Shown piece after piece: positions 59,163 through 64,000 of a stretch of 64,000 nt of DNA. Both the position numbers and the translations under genes were made by a program. Below the pieces are notes generated by a model. It was not told the origin of the DNA. It ran no database searches and saw only the letters and a program-made list of their open reading frames with translations. The stretch spans positions 30,442,001 through 30,506,000 of the forward strand of contig CM114271.1 of assembly GCA_050084515.1 (NCBI GenBank), given 5' to 3'. Source of the DNA: Blasia pusilla. Its lineage: Eukaryota. Positions within the stretch are counted from its first letter, which is position 1; each line of letters opens with the position of its first letter.

Positions 59163-62100
59163 TCAACGAGCTACACGATTGATAGCTTGAAACAAATCTG
59201 ACAAGAACACGAGTGGTTGGTTTCGGACGTGAATGGACGACGAGGCGGCGACCCCCACCACCTCTGCACGACGTATCAATGCCAAGGCTTGTGCACGTTG
59301 TAAGGCCACTGAGATGCATTGCCGAAAATAAGTAGTAACTACCGAGAGAGAAGGACTATGGGAAGGGGCAAGGTGATGATTCTCGAGGGAGTGGTAAGCA
59401 CATGTTTTCAGGAAAGTATCAAAAGACACATGTAAATGACCGAATACTTCCACTGCAAAAGGAATAAATCTATCAGTCGCATGTCTCATAGCATAACTTA
59501 ACTCCTTGATTCTTACTGCAACTTCGGTCGCCAAACCTTTGGTATGTGCGGCTCGACACACCAAATCAGAAAGTGTTGGATCAGCAACCACCACATCACC
59601 TAGTGTCCGAAATCCACCTCGAGACATAACAAGATCCACTCTCCGACGAGAGGTTGCTTGTGTGGTTGAAGGTAGGACATGGAGTTGCTCTTGCCCAACG
59701 GTGTATCTGCAAAGATTTGAGCCACCGATGCTCTTGCCTCTCTAATGACATCATGTGTGGCCGTTCGTTCTCCACCATGTGCACATCGGAGAATATGGAT
59801 ACCCTTGGCATCAATGGGATCCCCATACACAATTCGGCACACCTAAGAGAGAAGGATGGGGAAGTCAAGACGTGACGCAAAGCTATCGAGAATATACTTG
59901 AGGAAGACGAAATGGAAGAATAAGAGGATTTGCAGTAAGCCACGCTCCTGCTCGGTAACCGCAGACATGAACGAGACGAGCTTGATTAGCGTCGGAGGAT
60001 GCCTCGGAGAGAATCTTTGGAAAAGTTGATTTGATGCAGATTCTCGGGAGATATGCTCTTGAAGTCGATCAAGCCCTTCCGTAATCGGTTGACTGAAAGG
60101 GGTAGAATTGCTTGTGTAGCAAGAGGAAGAAGAGCTCATGCAGATCTCGGTTGTTGTTGAAATAACAAGTCCCCTCCTCTACATGGGCGATATGATCCAT
60201 CAAGATAGGTGTATCTCCTTGGAGAAACCTTGAAGCCATAATCGGTGCTACCAACGCCCAAATCCCCAAAAAGGCTGCAGGAGCAGATGCGACTGTGGAG
60301 GACAGTCCCACCCCTCCAAAAGAAATAGGCAAGATAGCTTGTCGAGAAGCAAAGACACCATCCTCTCCCTCAAAGGTATTCGGGCCAAGAAGTTGAGCAA
60401 AAGTTGCCAAGATAGAAGCATCAAAAGAGGCCAACCGATGTAAGAACCTTGAAGTGGGAGGACAAGTGCGAAGAAGGTAGGAAGGACATCGTAGAAAAAA
60501 TTGGGAGAGAATCCCATAAGCCTCTTGGGGATCCCCAAGATGAGGTAACAAATGAAGCCATTCCACGTCTTTCAAAAGGGCCTCATCCAAGAACTTTGAG
60601 ACATAGTTGATGAAGCCAATTGGGACCCCAAGAACTCTAACCCCTTCAATGTAGATGGGAAAATCAGGAGTAGGTGGGGTGAATGTTGAGGGAAGGCATG
60701 AAGGAGACCATACTCCATATTTACTAGGTTGGACTTTAAGGTTCAAGAAAGAGAGTTGCTCCACAAAATGGGTATAAGCAGCAACCACTTCAGAATGAGG
60801 ACCTATAATGTAAGTGTCATCAGCAATAGAAAGAAAAGGCAAGATGGAAATGCTTGCGCTGATGCTCGAAGGGCATGAAAATAGGCAATGGCAAAGAGTG
60901 GGCCCTCCATGCGATCAACTTGACATGTGCCACAAGCTGATTGTAAAATAATATATTCCACAGAAGTAGCATGATGGGAATAGATAATGGGCGTATCATA
61001 GGCATAGAAGGAGCAAAAAAATGGAATGAGGCTTGCGAGTTGTCCTCCTGCACAACGTAACTCCTCAAAGATGGCCGACGAGCGAATTGAATCGTTAGCC
61101 ACATCGACTTGAATTGCTACCCAACGGATGAATATCAAGAGTGGAGCGAATCCCATGCACCACTGACCTCACAACCTCCATGAGTTGTCACTCCAAATTG
61201 ATGAGGAAATAAGTGGGCACTAAAGTGAGGACGAAATTGCAAGCATAGGGATCGACTAACCAAGCGGTATAAAACCTCTCCAATAGCCAAAGGGCGTACA
61301 CCTGAAGGAGGCTTATCCATAGCCAACAAACGACAAGCCCCTAAGAGCCTAGAGATAGAGAATGGGAGATGACCTGCCGCCATATGAGCACACACCTTAT
61401 ATAGAGAGACAAAGCCACTTGCTGAATCTCTTTGGGATAAAGCAATCGCGAAGATGCTAAAAACCATCCACGATAGCCCGCTGCGATAAGCGAGGAGTAT
61501 GTATGAAAAGCCCTTGTGAAAACCTCCAAGTCAAAGTCCGTTGTATAGTCTTCCACAAAAGATGGAGCATCACCACTTGAAGGAGGTTGAAGAGCTTCTT
61601 AGAGAGCCACTGTTTCCGCACTTGGAACCGCCGGAGAAAGAGGACCGAATGCTCGAGCTGCACCTGAAAACTCACCAACCTGCCCCAAAAGTAGACTTCG
61701 TTGAAGGCATTGTTGTATTGAAGGCCTCCCATGATTGGTATGTTGAGTGGGATGAGCCGCAGCTAAGGCCTCTGCTCGAAGTACATGCTCATTCTGAAGA
61801 TTCTCCCAATCCCTAGACATAAAGCGTTGAATACGTGTGGAGGTTTCACGATGACCCGTTGCACCACCCCTTGGAGGGAGGACTAAAACCCATTGTGGGA
61901 AAAGTAATAGGAGATACCAAGCATTTATATCTGTGGGATCACGCACTAACCTTTCTAATGGGAAAAGCAAAGCTTGTTGGGTGATGGGGCGAAGAGCAAT
62001 AGGAATGCGAGTGTAGAGTCTAGGACAAAGAAGACCTGGATAGAAAGAGCAAAGGAGATCAATTTGGCTTAACCAAGTCCAAGCAATTGTTGTGGGGAGT

Positions 62101-62704
62101 GCAATAGGAGGTGGTATCGGGTTAGGGATCGACAGTACCGCTGATGTCTTTTGATCCCATTAGGAGCAAACTCCTTACCACAAGGTATGCAACGAACCTT
62201 TGGTACAAATGGAGAAATAGAAGGGTTACAAGGAGAGGAGGTGGGAGGTGCAAGAGATGGTGATGGCCGACGATGAGGGGGTAAGTAGGTTGGGGAAGGA
62301 GGAGGAGGAAGAGGGGAGATTCGGGTAGAATAGATGGTAGTTGAAAGCAAGGGCATAGATGAGATATGTGGGGATGGCAAAGTAGAAGGATTCGGTAATA
62401 ATGGATCAAGATTAGGCTCAATAGGACAATGCGAAGAAGGGAGAAGAGGAGAATCCGGAAGAAAAGTAGCGAGTGTAATGGGTGTATTAGCATCTGGAGG
62501 AAAATGGCGAGATCTACGATGAGGAGGTGAACCAGGGGGAGAGGTTACGGCTGTAGGAGGGCGTGTAAAACCAGATAAGCGAGTAAATGGAGAATCCAAC
62601 TCCATCTCTGATGACATAGAAGTAAAGGTAGGCAAGTCTTCGAAGACAAGAAAAGACATATGAAACGTGGTTTGGAGAAAGCATGAGGATAACGAGCAAA
62701 GCAA
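59163..62704 (-). mobile_element. Near full-length CRE-like (RLE) non-LTR retrotransposon, frameshifted
   Basis: Pro-rich N-terminus and Zn finger CIPCGKEFAPNGIKRHQRYC. RT motifs KPPSGVRPLAIGEVLYRL, HQFGV..GGCE, DVAN, GPLFA, IADD and LPISFGGVGL. Then HILRCAHGGER..TH and the RLE region (DVVVADP...KE..Y...FIPFAVEVFG...SVALQR). Confidence 0.9.
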
Positions 62705-64000
62705 AATTAGTGGAATCCGTCCAAAAGAAATTTAGATGGAGAGATGAAGATTAGGCAATACCGAATTTATGATTGAAAGTTACTATAAGAAAAATTAAAA
62801 AAAAAATTGAAAAGGAAAAGTGATGTATATGGCATCGGAAGAGATGGCTCAAGAATATGAATTTCTAATGTCCTTAAGGAGATGGCAAACGTATGTTGGG
62901 GCGAAACAGTAAGGTAAAGAGTTGAAAGAGCAAGTAAGACTTTTGGGAGGAATTGACCTAAAATAAACCCGTACACAAAAATAGGCGCCTAAAGAGAAGG
63001 AAGAAAAACTAGAAAACCTACTTGATATCAAAAGAACCAGCTCGTCAAGACGATCGAAACAGGCCCAAACACATCCAAAACCGACATTCTAAAAGAAAGT
63101 TATGAAAAAAATTAGAAACACCAAAAAAGAGGATGTAAGGAGTAAGTGAGCCACCCACCAATGACCGCTATGAAGGAATGAGTTCGCAATGTTGGGCCCA
63201 GCTCGTATCAAAATATCCAGAAAAGCAAGAGGAATCCCTTAAATCGATGGTAACCTAGTATCACTCTAAAAGGAGAGCGCTATGTTTGAAATTACGTGTA
63301 GGAATCTATGAGCACATTTAGGAGAGAAGGAGGTCCAAAGATCCCAAGAACTTTGGAAAACTCAATCTTAAGTGGAAAAAAGAAGAACCCAAAGTTCAAA
63401 CTTGAGAAGATGAACACATTGGGCCTTAGATTGAAAAGATTGGATCACCATGGAAATAGTTAGAAACAAAATTCTAGACGTCCCTCCATCTCCTCCGCCA
63501 TAGTCCTCCTCCTCCATGTCTCCTCCCCATAAAGAATCCACATATTCACATACGGCTTCTCATAAGGAGCTCTATATGATAATCGGTTTTGTAGTAGAGC
63601 ATGGTTGGCCCATCTCGTTTGCAGATGCTTCTAGCATTTTAGAGCAAAGTTATTTTATATGATATAGCTACTAGGGATATTATTCTATGAGCCGTGTGAG
63701 TAGCATACACATACTACTCTTAAAGAAGGCCTCCATAAAAGGTTGTATCCAAAAGGAGGTGTAGGGACTTCTACCATTTTAGAGCAAACCTATTTCACAC
63801 TTCAAGGTATATCTCTACTTCAACTAGGCAGAGATAGAGGGGCTCATATTGGGGTCATGCTCCTAGGGTAGTGGCAAATTGGAAGGTTAGGACCTATTCA
63901 AAGAGGGATGGGAACCTTGGCTACTTTTCCTCGGTGATGGAAGTATTTGGTTGTGTCCATGCACATTTTGTGGAGATGCTTGAAACAATGAAGAGGAGGG

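Overview
This is eukaryotic nuclear DNA, most likely from a seed-free land plant (bryophyte, lycophyte or fern-like; inferred from GT-AG introns, a canonical XTH gene, an SPH-like gene and the TE types). Decayed transposons dominate. (1) 1-5910: Ty3/Gypsy LTR retrotransposon whose pol carries a DNMT3-like cytosine-5 methyltransferase between the presumed protease and RT, and a C-terminal PHD finger after the integrase. It is interrupted by a nested 1.27-kb solo LTR, and a 607-bp solo LTR of its own family lies at 52982-53588. (2) hAT transposase pseudogene at 6.6-8.8 kb. (3) A ~2-kb element bounded by ~220-bp inverted repeats. (4) Two CRE-like (RLE-type) non-LTR retrotransposon copies at 16.7-17.6 kb and 59.2-62.7 kb. 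(5) Helitron Rep/Pif1 remnant at 26.6-30.5 kb. (6) A ~12.5-kb Mutator-like element (about 39.5-52.1 kb) with long TIRs, a SWIM transposase, a convergent multi-exon C2H2 accessory gene, a captured proteasome alpha-5 exon and internal tandem arrays. Likely host genes are an intronless multi-TM protein (18456-19187), a secreted SPH-like protein (34035-34736) and a 4-exon XTH with an unusual 8x Cys-rich repeat insertion (56398-58342). The best candidate for a new system is the DNMT+PHD (writer+reader) Gypsy element. All calls come from motifs read by eye; no searches were run.
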